DNA of 64,000 nucleotides from Carcharhinus longimanus (Eukaryota): NCBI GenBank assembly GCA_030264375.1, contig JASCQW010000002.1, positions 118,236 to 182,235 of the forward strand, read 5' to 3'. Shown piece by piece: positions 24,888 to 37,457 of this stretch (position 1 is its first letter; each line of letters starts with the position of its first letter). The notes under the pieces were generated by a model. It saw only the letters and a program-made list of their open reading frames with translations, ran no database searches and was not told where the DNA came from. The position numbers and the translations under genes were made by a program.

Positions 24888-27469
24888 CTGTAAAACACAG
24901 AAATAAACCAACAGTTATTGGCCGCCTGATGCAGCAGCTCAGATAAAAATAAAGCATCGAGTGTGTCCAGGATCTCAACAAACCGCGGGAGAATATCAGA
25001 CATTCAGGTGGAATATGGATTGACAGTGGGAAACATCAGCAAATCAGTTGGAAGTTGGAAGCATCATTCGGCTGCGTCAGGCAGAAGTGACGATAGGTGT
25101 TTAATTGATTCAATCCATTCAGGTCAGGACTGACATGCTCCGCGAGCCACCATACTGCCTGGACTAATATAGTGGAATTCCAATCCTAACATGGATTTGA
25201 TATTTGTCACCACTGTCGAACCAGGGTTACCCTATACATTCGGCTGAATTGAACAGTCAGGTAGTCTCCAGCCGTTCCCGGGGCAGTTAAGTGCAGTGAG
25301 CTTTCGGCGGAACCCGAACATAGCGGTGGTGGAAGGGCCAGAAGACGGCGCTGCATTTCAGCGCTGTCTGGTAACGAGCGAAGTTACAAAATCATTTCGA
25401 AACAGTAGCAAGACCACTTTGCCTCTCACCCACGTCCTCGGAGATCTAATTTAACACCGTTCTGAATTGGAGAGCAGCAATTAAAGATTTTCAGGAAAAC
25501 ATTGCAAGAACATTTTGCTTCACAACTGACAGGGAGACATTGAACCAACTCACTGAACGCAAAGATACTGAAATTGTTTTCTGGATTTATTATTCAGTTG
25601 GATGGATTAGTGCAGTAAAATGTAGGATATGAACTTGGAGAGCGATTACCTGATGGATGAGCCTGGCTGTTCCCTGGTCTGCCTGAAATGAAATTTTGAA
25701 AATTAGTCTTTGCTGGAACACGAGATGAATGCAACTGCAAAAACCGTGCATCTCAAATCAACACCGCAGATCTGTGGTATTCCTTCACTATATGTTTTGC
25801 AAGCACTTGCTGTTAAAAAGTTTATTCAAATTACCACACCCGCGATGTTATGGCCCATGGGCACACTGGCTTCATGTATTAAACATGTGGAACCGTATTC
25901 CCAAACAGAGAACTTTTGTGTCAGTCAAATCCCCGAATCCCTTTTAGTTCCTCGTTTACATCAGAGAATCAACAGGACAGTGATTCCTGTCTCCGGATAG
26001 ATTGCTGAAAATTATGACCTGATACAGAGAATAACAATGATAAAGTTACTCGAATAACTCTACACCGCCGTCCACAATACAGACAGCGCATCATTTATTT
26101 CCTACTGCACACAATCCTCAGCTATCCTTATCAACTATTCACAAACAATATTACACTACTTCCAATTAAGTTGTGCTCATTGCCAGAATTGTGGGATAAC
26201 ATTTCAAAATTTACTCACAATGTTCACTATTCCAAGGTCCAAATGGAATCTCTGGACCCTCTTCTCCCATTCCGTCTTTCTATCTTTTGCTCCACTTTTC
26301 AGCGTTCAGTAATTCTCCCACTGAATCAGTGACCCATTTCAAAAACACAGAATAAAGAAAANNNNNNNNNNNNNNNNNNNNNNNNNNNNNNNNNNNNNNN
26401 NNNNNNNNNNNNNNNNNNNNNNNNNNNNNNNNNNNNNNNNNNNNNNNNNNNNNNNNNNNNNATCAGAACAAATAAGAAATACTGCAATAGTCTGGCAGCG
26501 ACTTGACCTTTCAGACTGTGACCTTTCCTGCGAACTCCCCCAGTTTGCTGCTAAAATGTCCATCAGTTCCTTGCTTTCTCAGTAATGTAGAATTTAAATC
26601 TACCCTCATGGCCGCCGCTCCAAAACACATGAATGCAATCAAAATGTTTCTAAATAACAGCGCACATTCCAAATCACCAGTAGCGACCAGCGCACGCGCA
26701 TTCCCGCACTCACACCAGCCCCACCCCCCATCTCCCCAATCCCCTCCCACTCCCCATTGCTGACCAACAGCGCCACTAAGCCTGGCAAATTTGAATAATT
26801 TCACAGAAACTTCATCGCTGTGTTAATCTAACCCTTTCTTGTGGCTAATAAATAAACTATTTGATTTACATTGGCTGCTCTTCCTTCAATGTAAATTTCC
26901 TTCAAAATATCATGGTCATTTTCAACGGCACTTATGCACTCCATGACTGCCCACCGCTTCACCACAGTTACCCCGGCCACCCCATACCAGCATGAGAACC
27001 AGCGTTGATTGATTTAATTCACTGGATAGTTTGGATTTCCGTCACATCTGACACTGCACACGGCAAGCCTTTCCTCATACTTAGTTAACACTCCTGATTT
27101 TGGGGTCTGGGACACAAGATTAGAATTTCCTCCTTATACATGGCCCCCTCTCTCCTTTTGTTGTGTTGCTATAACCCACCCCACACTGATCAAGACGTTC
27201 TTCCCCACTACAGAAACTGTCTTTATTTCTGTTGGTCTCAAATTGCTGAGATAAATTACTGAGGACTTTATAAAGTAGTTAATTTTTTTATTAAATTGTT
27301 ATTGTCTGAACATTCCTAACAATGTTTTTTTTTACATCCTGTCCTGCATCCTGGCGCCAGTGTCAAATATCTCAGCTATATTTTCCCGAAGAAGAAGTGA
27401 AGTATGTTCCCAGCTTACAAAGGTTACATTTTTCCTGGAAGGGGATTGAAAAGTGATCTGTTTATTCAC

Positions 27470-27598
27470 CTGAGCACAGAATCCCGACACCGAAGCTGTC
27501 CCTCCCATGGGGGTTCAACGAGAATGTGCTGCACTTCCGGAGATGCGATTCGTTTCCTTCACACTGGACATCATTCACCCACACAGGCCCTTCACCCT
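27470..27598 (-). CDS. 3' half of an SRCR exon (GEGPVWVNDVQCEGNESHLRKCSTFSLNPHGRDSFGVGILCS), not shown in the ORF track
   Basis: Manual reverse translation gives the G.GP.W..DV.C.G.ES.L..C motif and ends in CS-G|GTGAAT donor. The 5' part is lost in the gap. Confidence 0.88.
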
Positions 27599-28378
27599 NN
27601 NNNNNNNNNNNNNNNNNNNNNNNNNNNNNNNNNNNNNNNNNNNNNNNNNNNNNNNNNNNNNNNNNNNNNNNNNNNNNNNNNNNNNNNNNNNNNNNNNNAT
27701 TTTGAAAGTTCTGGCAGAAACTTAGAGAGAGAGCATTTCAATCCAGATTCACCTTGAGATTGAAAACCAGAGCAGAAATCAGGACAGGTTATCGAGAGCC
27801 AGGGGCAGAGATGGAATATCGGACAGATACCGATCTGGGGAAGTGTGGAAGAGACGGAGAGGGAGAAACACAGGGGGGCGGGGGAGATGCCTGATAGAAG
27901 TGGGAACCTCATTGGGGCCTCCTGTGTTTACTCACTGGCCTGTCTGTGGAGTAAAGCCTGTTCCCTTGGTTGAGGGGCCAATAATGAAGGCGCACATTTA
28001 GGATGAGGGTCACGAGATTCTGATGGGATTTGAGAAAAGGTAGCTTCTGCACTCAAAATGTAATGTGAAATTAGAATAAACAGCCTGGGAAGGTAGCCAA
28101 GGTCAGAACATTTCCAAGCTTAAAACGGATTTGAATGGGCTTGAATGATTTTAGTTTTCAACAATATGGGATAAGTACAGAGAAATATGTTTATGTTACC
28201 AATAGTGTTCGATATTTATGGAGCAAAATTAGTCGCCTGAAGGCAGTTTCTTCACTGAATGAATCAATGTCCCCTGTGTGACATTTTCGTATATATTTTC
28301 CCTTTGTGTTAATGCAGGAATATAGAAACCGGATGAGAAACCAGACCTGCACAATAATCGGTGATCAGTACAGTGAGT

Positions 28379-28384
28379 TTTATT
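28379..28384 (-). terminator. Polyadenylation signal AATAAA of the defensin-like gene
   Basis: TTTATT on the plus strand about 100 nt downstream of the stop codon. Confidence 0.55.
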
Positions 28385-28486
28385 GATATATTTTATGTTT
28401 CTGAAATGCGGAGATCTGTTGCAGCCACATGAAAGGACAGCCGATTTGAAGCTGGTTGCTAAGGAACCGATTACAATTCAAATATT

Positions 28487-29476
28487 TCATTGAAAAAGTG
28501 CTGGATCCGCGCAGCAATATTGGCCATACCAACACAGATTAGAAAACGGTTGAACCTGGTCCGGAACGCAGCGTTCATATTGGCAGACCCCACCAAACAT
28601 TCCGCATCCGAACGTCTCCTCTGAAACAAAACAAAAGAGGATTTTTTTGGTCTGCATTTGTGGTAATGAAATAGGCGGTAGACATGAGAACATCAGCAAT
28701 CCGAGGCGGCTTTGTTACATGCAGATGAGGGTGGCTGCAAAAATACAATCTTACAAAATTACCTTTCACCTTCATGTGCTAAACGAGCTTCCTCTGACAT
28801 TTATCTTCATTATTCAAAAAAATCATTGCTGGTGACAGTGAGTTATAAATTCCCTTCACTTTATATTTAATATTTATTCGTTTGTACACCTGATTGGATT
28901 TATTAGTGACTTTCTTATAATAATGCACTATGATGATAATTATGTGATAAGATTTGAAATCAAGTATCAGTGAGGGGCGGTGAGGGAACTCCAGAACTTG
29001 AGCCCAAGAAGGAGAAGGTAAATTCACCTTGGATGAAGTGATGAGATTTGTTTGATTATTTTTGGAGAGCAGAGTTGTGTGAAAATTTTGGGCCTGGTAA
29101 CCGTTTAGGAGATAAAGATGTGAAGATCGTGGAGGGGGGTGTGTGGGTTGGGGGTGGTGGGGCGAGGGGGAAGTCGGACGCTGGACTAAAAGAAAGGGAA
29201 AGATCATTGTTGAATTTAAAATTAAATCATTCAAATGTTGGCAGGAATAAAGCGGCGACATTTGCCAGATCTGAGAACCAAACAAGTGATGTGTACTTGT
29301 GGTAGAAAGTTGTATTGAGAAAAAAAGCGTTACAATGCAGAGTAAGAACAACCGTATTTTGGCAACCATAAGATATACTCACTTGCTTCTTCAGGAGTGT
29401 AGACGTAGACGCCTTGGACAACAATTTCCTGCACCAGCAGCAAGACACCAAACACTATGCACAGCGCTTTCCCCAT
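28487..29476 (-). CDS. Two-exon beta-defensin-like precursor, join(29476..29383, 28620..28487), 75 aa: MGKALCIVFGVLLLVQEIVVQGVYVYTPEEAKETFGCGMFGGVCQYERCVPDQVQPFSNLCWYGQYCCADPALFQ
   Basis: Exon 1 has ATG at 29476, a hydrophobic signal peptide and a phase-1 GTGAGT donor at 29382-29377. Exon 2 follows a polypyrimidine tract and CAG acceptor (28623-28621). The split codon A|AG = Lys keeps frame. Cys spacing C-x6-C-x4-C-x11-C-x5-CC matches beta-defensins. Stop at 28489-28487. Confidence 0.88.
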
Positions 29477-29518
29477 TTTCCAATGAGTTGCAATGAAATG
29501 ACTTGAGTATGGGAGTTC

Positions 29519-29574
29519 TTTATATTGAGAGTTGTTAAATATTAAGCTGTTCACTCACATAATGTGGGGATTGG
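29519..29574 (-). promoter_or_regulatory. TATA box (TATAAA, 29524-29519) and CCAAT box (29574-29570) of the defensin-like gene
   Basis: Both motifs are on the coding strand, about 43 and 94 nt upstream of the ATG, in canonical order. Confidence 0.6.
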
Positions 29575-29942
29575 CTCCAAGTTGCTTCTCACTGAAGAAC
29601 AGCTCACAGACAAACAGTTCCTGTGATCAGAGATTAAATGTGTTCTCTGATACAGGTTACTGATCACAAACTTAAAAAAGAAAATCGGGTAAATGATTGA
29701 ACCGGAGACTCACAATAAAATGCAAATAATTTGTAAGGTTAACTTGTCCACTGGTTACTCTGTCTCTTATTTCTGTCATTGTTGTAGTGGTTGTTTAATC
29801 TTCCGCTCTCCAACATATTGTGTGTCTGTTGTGAGGAATCGTNNNNNNNNNNNNNNNNNNNNNNNNNNNNNNNNNNNNNNNNNNNNNNNNNNNNNNNNNN
29901 NNNNNNNNNNNNNNNNNNNNNNNNNNNNNNNNNNNNNNNNNN

Positions 29943-30260
29943 CTTACAGCGCTCACCCACGAGAAAGCAGATAACATTAAAGCAACCCAGATAGCCGCGA
30001 CTGTCCGATTCAGAATGAGAAAGGAACAGAACAAGACATATTTCGATAAAAGGGTACAGCCGGTAGAATATACGGTTGGCGAACAGGTAATGATTTTCCT
30101 CGATAGCCCCAGTTATTTCTTGTCCCCGAGATATGCAGGCCCACACACCATCACCGACAAAATAAGGCCCTCAGTCCACAAGATCCTGATCGCCAACGGG
30201 AAAACCGGTTGGTTCCCCGTCAATCGACTGAAAACTTGTGGGACTCAGAATAAACACTTC
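29943..30260 (+). mobile_element. LTR retroelement (Gypsy/ERV-like) integrase C-terminal GPY/F domain fragment
   Basis: QNKTYFDKRVQPVEYTVGEQVMI...LSPRYAGPHTITDKI...YKI-like...WFPVNRLK. Confidence 0.75.
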
Positions 30261-33200
30261 CACCATCTCACATTAGAGAGAGGGGAGGATGGCACGACGC
30301 GACCAGAGTGGCTTCACCCAGGAAATGCATTTCTCCGGAAACCTTCTCATCCACTTTCAGGTTCAGACCAAGCCCTGGTCCCTACCACAGCCCAGAGCCC
30401 CGTCCACACCGGAAGTGCCTCAGGAGTACTGATCGATCTGGACATAACAGGAGACTTGTGCACGCCGCCAACATCAAAGCCGTGTTACTGTGCAGGATCT
30501 GCATCAAACAGTCACTGTTTATCTATACACAGAGCAACACAAGACATTTTAAAAAAAGAACATCATTCTTCCCTGTGACCTCCCTGCAATGCATCCACAC
30601 TGGTCAAACACTCACATCAAACAGGCAACAGGGAGTTTGATGCCAACTAAAGCTGAATGCACACTGTCCATGTCAAATTGTCTGAAGGAATTTACTGCAC
30701 CGGCTTGGGTATACAATAAATCTTCATTAAATCTTCATTCGTCCCAGCAGATACACTCGTGATGCATTAAAGCGCAAATATTCCTCGGCACTGCTCAGGT
30801 GAAACACTCCGGCGACAGTTGCAGTCCACCTCTAGATTGTCCCATTGCACAATACCAATCTAAGGCGCCCAGGACAGGTACATTACGGGTTAAAATGCAG
30901 CGAAAGGCTGTCTCTAAGTTGACCCATGAACTATTTCTCGAGAATGAACTGCATGGGCTCACACAGAGTGCAATAGATCCTCCAATGCGACCCCAAAAAG
31001 GAAGTATCAATTTCTGACATGGGAGGGGAATATTGTATTTCGCACCTACGCTCATATCAACACCAACTACCATTGATATATATGATAGCTGGAAAACCCT
31101 GCCATTAAACACAACATTTTCCCTTTCTCTGTTGTGCATGCTAAACCATAGACATTGTCCTGCTGTATCTGAAGCATTTTTGCCACCTCAGTTTGCAGCT
31201 TTTTCACATTTGAGTTACCTGGTGTAAAACGCTGATCTTTCATCGGACTCATGTTGTGTCTCCCCTTTCATCACTGTACAAAATATATCATTTCAGCTGC
31301 CATAGTAACTGATGAATAAGGAATTGACATTGAACCTTCAGGAGAGAGGAAAGTTAGACCTGGGAAGATTTTCTTTCTTCATATCAACAAAGTGTCGAGA
31401 ATGTAAAATAATGCAACAACGGTCCAGATATATCTTCTGTATTCTCCAATTCCCCCAGTATAGATTGAAAACACCAAATTATCCGTGTTACTGGTATTAT
31501 CCTCCTGCTCCTGTTTACCTGATAAATCACCCCTTCCCAAGCACACAAGCACACTTCGGCCGTATCCCCGTGACCCCACACGTTTAATCCACTAATCACT
31601 CTAACCCACACATCCCGGGACACTGAGAGGCAATTTAACATGGTCAATGCATCTTACGTGCAGATCTGCGGACTGTGGTAGGAAACCGGGGCAGCCGCAG
31701 GTAACACATGCAGACACGGGGTGAACCTACAGGATCCACACAGACAGTAACCCAAGCCGGGCATGGAACACAGGTCCCTGGAGCTGTGAGGGAGCAGTGC
31801 TTACCACTGTGCTAACTTACCGGCTAATATATTTAAAATAACTGAATCTAGCATGATTGTGTCAGGATGTTTCTAGAGATGTGAATATAGAGGCACTTTT
31901 GTTGTGTGTGCACAGCATCTGCAGCTGAGAGTCCACCTCTGCATGTTCTCAATGATCTTTGACAATTTGCATTTTGCCTGGAAAGCGAGCCAGCATTTAT
32001 TTCCTCTCACCAAGTCATTTCCTCCAAAGAAGTCGCTTTTTCTGATTATTTTTATGCTTCACGGAGTTTTTAACTATCTCATTGAAATATTTTTTTCTTG
32101 CACGGGGTTCCCTCACATGACAGGTTCCCAGTAGAATAGTCACTTCGAATGTCTGCCCTGGGTTCGGTGCTAAGAGACAATTTAACGTAGTCAGTGTAAG
32201 TTTTTTATTCCTCACAAGAAAGGCTTCCATTAACAATAAATTTGTAGTGAAATTCCCCACATCGCCACAGTGTGGCGCCGGTTCAGGTCAATGAACCAAA
32301 CCATCATGTCTTTCAGAATGTGGAACAAAAGCGGAACACGCGGAGCAAACCCATGCAGACACGGTGAGAACGTGCAGGCTGCACACAGAAAATGACACAA
32401 GCCAGGAATAGAACCAGGCCCCTGGGGCTGTGAGGCACTACTGCTAACCGTGTCATTGTGCCGCCCCATCGTGAGTAGTTTATATCTCGGCCAGCACATT
32501 CTAACAAGGAGAAACACCCTTCTCTCTTGCCCAAGTGCAGGACATGCCTTCCCTCAGCCATTGTTCATGATGTAGCACACCAACTCAACCATATCATCTG
32601 ATGTATGCCCACATATCCCAAGGTGCATTTCACACATTGGTACCACCTAAGATGCTATTTATGCAGCAAATCTTCCCTCCCCCCTATGTACTTGCTGTAT
32701 TTTCTCTCCATTCAATAGTTTGCCTCAAATATTTCTTCCACTCCTCCCCAGTTTTGTTGGCGCGATGGCACAGTGGTCACCACTGCTGCCTCAGGGACCC
32801 GGGTTCAATTTCTGGCTTGGGATACTGTCTGTGCGCAGTCTGCACGTTCTTAGCTTGTCTATGTGTGTTTTTTCCCCCCTCTGTCGCTCTGATTTCCTTC
32901 CATACTGCGAAAGACAGGCTGATTAGGTGCTTTGGCCATCCTAATTTATTCACGAGTGTAACGGAACAGGCGCCAGATTGTGGTGTCTGGAGGATTTCCA
33001 CAGTATTTCCATTGCAGTGTTAATGTCTGCCTACTCGTAGCACTAATTAATAAACATCTTATTAATTAGCCGCAAGTAATATCACAACAGACAATACATA
33101 TGTCGCATCTGCCCAGTTCCCTGTTGCAGTTGCTACATCAGACTGGCTCCCTGCAGCATCAACACCGCAGGTTATAATTGCACATATCCAATCGTGCACC

Positions 33201-33447
33201 ACCATTTATCAGCCATGCCACAATTTTACCTGTTAATCCATCCACCTGCTGCACCTTGTATCACTTCAAATTTCCGACAACATAAAGTCTAATCGGTCAA
33301 ACATCATAACGGAGGAACCTCATACATTTGTCTACTCTTCCTGGTTATCTGGTATTCACCATTCAATTCCTGAAACTATTCTTGTTTATTTTATGCCTAA
33401 TTAGCGACTATCAAATCATAGTATTTTTTGATATAAGTAGGGCCTCT

Positions 33448-33827
33448 CTATTCCTTGAACATTAAAAACAGCCTCCAGCCAACCATCAGAACAGCAGCAC
33501 GTAAAACAACAGTCGCTGTTTTCTCAGTGCAATATTTTGTCTTTAGTTCTTTGCAGCAAATCGCTATAAATCGATCGACAGTGAAAGTGACAGTGAACCA
33601 GACAGAACTGTCAGTGACTGCAAAACGAAAGACGGCGTGAATGTTGCATGTGGGGATGGACAACAGGAATTGAAATTGCTCCTTAAAAACGATTGGAATG
33701 TGCCTCAATATGAGGTCGAATATCACAACCATTAGATCCGCTGCTGCCATGGCAATAAGGTAGCGTGTCACACATTTAGAAAGACCACATTTTCCTCGGG
33801 ACAGGATCACAATTGTCAGTAAGTTCA
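33448..33827 (-). pseudogene. GPR139/GPR142-like GPCR exon 2 truncated in TM4
   Basis: TM1-TM3 intact (AMAAADL, CNIH, FTVDRFIAICC, KYCTEKTA). After about 33503 the sequence is unrelated and stops. Could splice in frame to exon 1 at 37277 (C|TG = Leu), but a gap lies between them. Confidence 0.8.
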
Positions 33828-34409
33828 CTGTGGGGAAGTGAAAGAAACTCGGTTACTCACAATCATGCTCAAACCCAAATTACCACATTGATTGAATACT
33901 AATTGCATCACCAAATGTGCAAATGTAGGGTGCTGCAGTTGATGCATTCTAATTGGATTTCTCTCGGATTTAGATTTTGGCAGGATCCCGCATGGAAAAC
34001 AGATCAATCAGTTCAGAACACATGTGAACAAGGACAGTCGACAAATTAGACAGGAATGTGCAGGAGTCAGAGGATCATATTTGAATCTGATTCTTTTACA
34101 GAAACCTACGTGCAGTGTAATAAAACAATGATTCATAGAGACACTTTGTTGCTTGTAGTGAACATTAAACATGTGCACTTTAACAATGAAGGTGTGGACA
34201 GTGCGTTCACAGAAGATTTGCAAATTTATAATGGATCAGTTTTGTAGAACATTACAGAATCATACAGAAGTGTTGGCCAGCTTGATAAAAGAGTGGCAAA
34301 TTTCAACTTGAGAACTGCGAACAAATACATATTTTACCTTCCAACAAGACAAGACGTTGTACAATGAGTGTTAGAATGCAAGAACTGCAAAGAGCCAGAT
34401 GGAATGTAC

Positions 34410-34880
34410 ATAAGAACATAAGAAATAGGAGCAGGAGTAGGCCATCTAGCCCCTCGAGCCTGCCCCGCCATTCAATAAGATCATGGCTGATCTGAAGTGA
34501 TGAGTTCCACTTTCCCGCTTTCTCCCCATAACTATTAATTCACCTGTCTATCAGAAACCTATCTACCGGTGACAGAAATATATTCAGCGAGGTAGCCTCC
34601 ACCACTTCAACGGGCAGAGAATTCCAGAGATTTACCAGCCTTTGAGTGAAGAAGTTCCTCCTCAACTCTGATCTAAACCCCCCTTATCTTGAGGCTGTGC
34701 CCTCTAACCCTGCTATCCTTTCTAAGCGGGAAGAATTTCTCTACCTCTACCCTATCCATCATTTTCATTATCTTATACATCTCTATAAGATCCCCCCTCA
34801 GCCTTCTAAACTGCAACGAGTACAGACCCAGTCTATTTAGTCTCTCTTCATATGCTAACCCCCTCATCTCCAGTATCAGC
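34410..34880 (-). mobile_element. CR1 LINE 3' fragment (similar 3' fragments near 10053-10216, 16930-17021, 35340-35580, 36030-36255, 38355-38513, 41515-41790, 50405-50735, 60230-60550)
   Basis: GLAYEERLNRLGLYSLQFRRLRGDLIEMYKIM; (CATAAGAA)n tail. Confidence 0.88.
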
Positions 34881-37276
34881 CTGTGTCACATCACATGTGA
34901 GGTGCATGTACGAAGATCTATAAGGCTGTGGGACAGGTAGTTAAGAGGATTCCAAATGTACTTGCATCACTTGCCTTCATTAGCCACAAAACAGAGCTTT
35001 AGTGCAGGAAGGAAATGATCGCACCGTCAGTCCACAATTGGAGAACCGTGAGCAGTTCTCTTCACCATGCTGGGGAGGCGCAATTGATTGCATTCGACAG
35101 GATGCAATGGAGAATTTCCATGTTAAGTCATTTCAGATATGAAGAGTGAATGTTTGGCTGTGTTTTTTACTGTTGAAGTAAATAAGGTTGAGCAGGTAAT
35201 TGACTGAAGTGTGGAGCATCGTGAGAGGCATAACAATTGTAGATCAGAAGGAACTGTCACCCCAAGAAGAGGGTTCAATTACTAGGGACAGAGATTAAAG
35301 GAACGTTGGAGGAAAATTCGTGGATTTGATGAAAAGCGCTTTCTCCCCTTAACTATTAATTCCCTTGTCCATCAAAAATCTATCTACCCGTGACTGAAAT
35401 ATATTCAGCGAGGTAGCCTCCACCACTTCAACGGGCAGAAAATTTCAGAGATACACCACCCTTTGAGTGAAGAAGTTCGTCCTCACCTCTGATCTAAACT
35501 GCGCCCCCCCCCCCCTCCCCACACACACACTTATCCTGAGGCTGTGCCCTCTAGTCCTGCTATCCTTTCTAAGCGGGAAGGCAGTGGGAATCTGGAACTC
35601 GCTGTCTATATGGATGATAAAGTGGAAACTTCAGAATCTTTATGAAACATTAAGATGGGCATTTCAATCAGCACANNNNNNNNNNNNNNNNNNNNNNNNN
35701 NNNNNNNNNNNNNNNNNNNNNNNNNNNNNNNNNNNNNNNNNNNNNNNNNNNNNNNNNNNNNNNNNNNNNNNNNNNGGATGCAATGGAGAATTTCCAGGCG
35801 ATCGCCTGTGTTAAGTCATTTCAGATACGAAGAGTGAATGGTTTGGCTGTTTTTTTTTTATCGTTCAAGAAAATAAGGTTGAGCAGATAATTTCCTGAAG
35901 TGTGGAGCATCGTGAGAGGCATAACAATTGTAGATCAGAAGGAGCTGTCACCCCAAGAAGAGGGTTCAATTACTAGGGACAGAGATTAAAGGAATGTTTC
36001 AGGAAAAATAGTGCATTTGATGAAAAGCGCTCTCTCCCCTTAACTGTTAATTCCCTTCTCCATCAAAAATCTATCTACCCGTGACTTAAATATATTTAGC
36101 AAGGTAGCCTCCACCACTTCAACGGGCAGAGAATTTCAGAGATTCAACACCCTTTGAGTGAAGAGGTTCCTCCTCAACTCTGATCTGAACTGCACCCCCC
36201 TCCACCCTTATCTTGAGGCTGTGCCCTCTCGTCCTGCTATCCTTTCTAAGCGGGAAGGCAGTGGGAATCTGGAACTCGCTGCCTGTATGGATGATAAAGT
36301 GGAAACTTCAGAACCTTTATGAAGCATTAAGATGGGCATTTCAATCAGCACACCAAACAAAGCTACAGGCCAAGTGGAGAGAAATTAGATTGTAATGAAC
36401 AGTTGATTGATGGCTGGTACAGGTACAATAGTCTGAAAAGTCACTTTAAATTCGAATATTCTACGACCCGAATAATTGACCAGGACCCACGGTATCAGCA
36501 AGTTCTTGAAAAATAGAGGATATGGGTGATATGGAGACAGACAGCAACCTGATGTATAACTCTGATATGCAGTAGGCAAGGTTGTGAGGGGCTAAGGCAG
36601 GAGTGTTTTCGAATATGCACGAATAGATATTAAACAAAAAATCATGCATTGCTTCAAGCAACAGATGAGGTGACACAGGGAAGAGGCAAAGTTCAGGGAG
36701 CTAAATAAAAAGCCGGACATGAACGGTCATGGTAACGGCAGACATATGAGTTTGGATGAATTTTGTACGCCGAATTGGCACCGAGTTTGCTTCTGAATGG
36801 CACATCCTCAGCACACTTTCAGAGAGTGTTACGGCAGGTTTTTTTTTCTGATTGTAGATGAATGCAATGCTTTAAGATTGGATGAAATAGAATTGAAGAG
36901 CTATCTCAAAGTTGTGCAGAGTTGACAGGATATGGATTTAAACTCGTTTCAATGTCAAAGGGGCGACCTCAGCTGTTCCATTCCGAGAGGACTGGAATCT
37001 ATGAAAACAAGGATTGTGAGGATAACTCAAGACAATGGACACAATGTTCCCAAAAGCTAATGGAAAATAATTTCATATATTATTGAAACAAAATATGTGG
37101 ATTCTGGAATTTGAAACAGGAGCAGAAAATGTTGGAAAATCTCAGAAATTCCGGCAGCTTCTGTGGGGAGAGAATAGATCCAATATTCTAAACCTGGATG
37201 ATCCTCCATCGGTGAACACTCAAACACTGCAGTTCAATATTGTTAATAGAAATAATAAATGATTACAACTACTTAC

Positions 37277-37457
37277 GTGGCACGCCAATGAGAGCGAGAA
37301 ATGGATAGTAACCAGCTTGAATAACTTTAAGGATGCATTCGAGCCGCCATAACGGTGACATGTTTTCGTAAAAACTAAAAAGAGCGTAAAGAGCCCCCGA
37401 TAAAGATCTGTCCGTTGTTGTACCATTCCAGGCTGTTATATTCAGATTCTCCTCCAT
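37277..37457 (-). CDS. GPR139/GPR142-like GPCR exon 1 (MEENLNITAWNGT...IQAGYYPFLALIGVP)
   Basis: Close paralogue of 15854-16034 with homologous flanks over more than 1 kb. Phase-1 GTAAGT donor at 37276. Confidence 0.82.
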
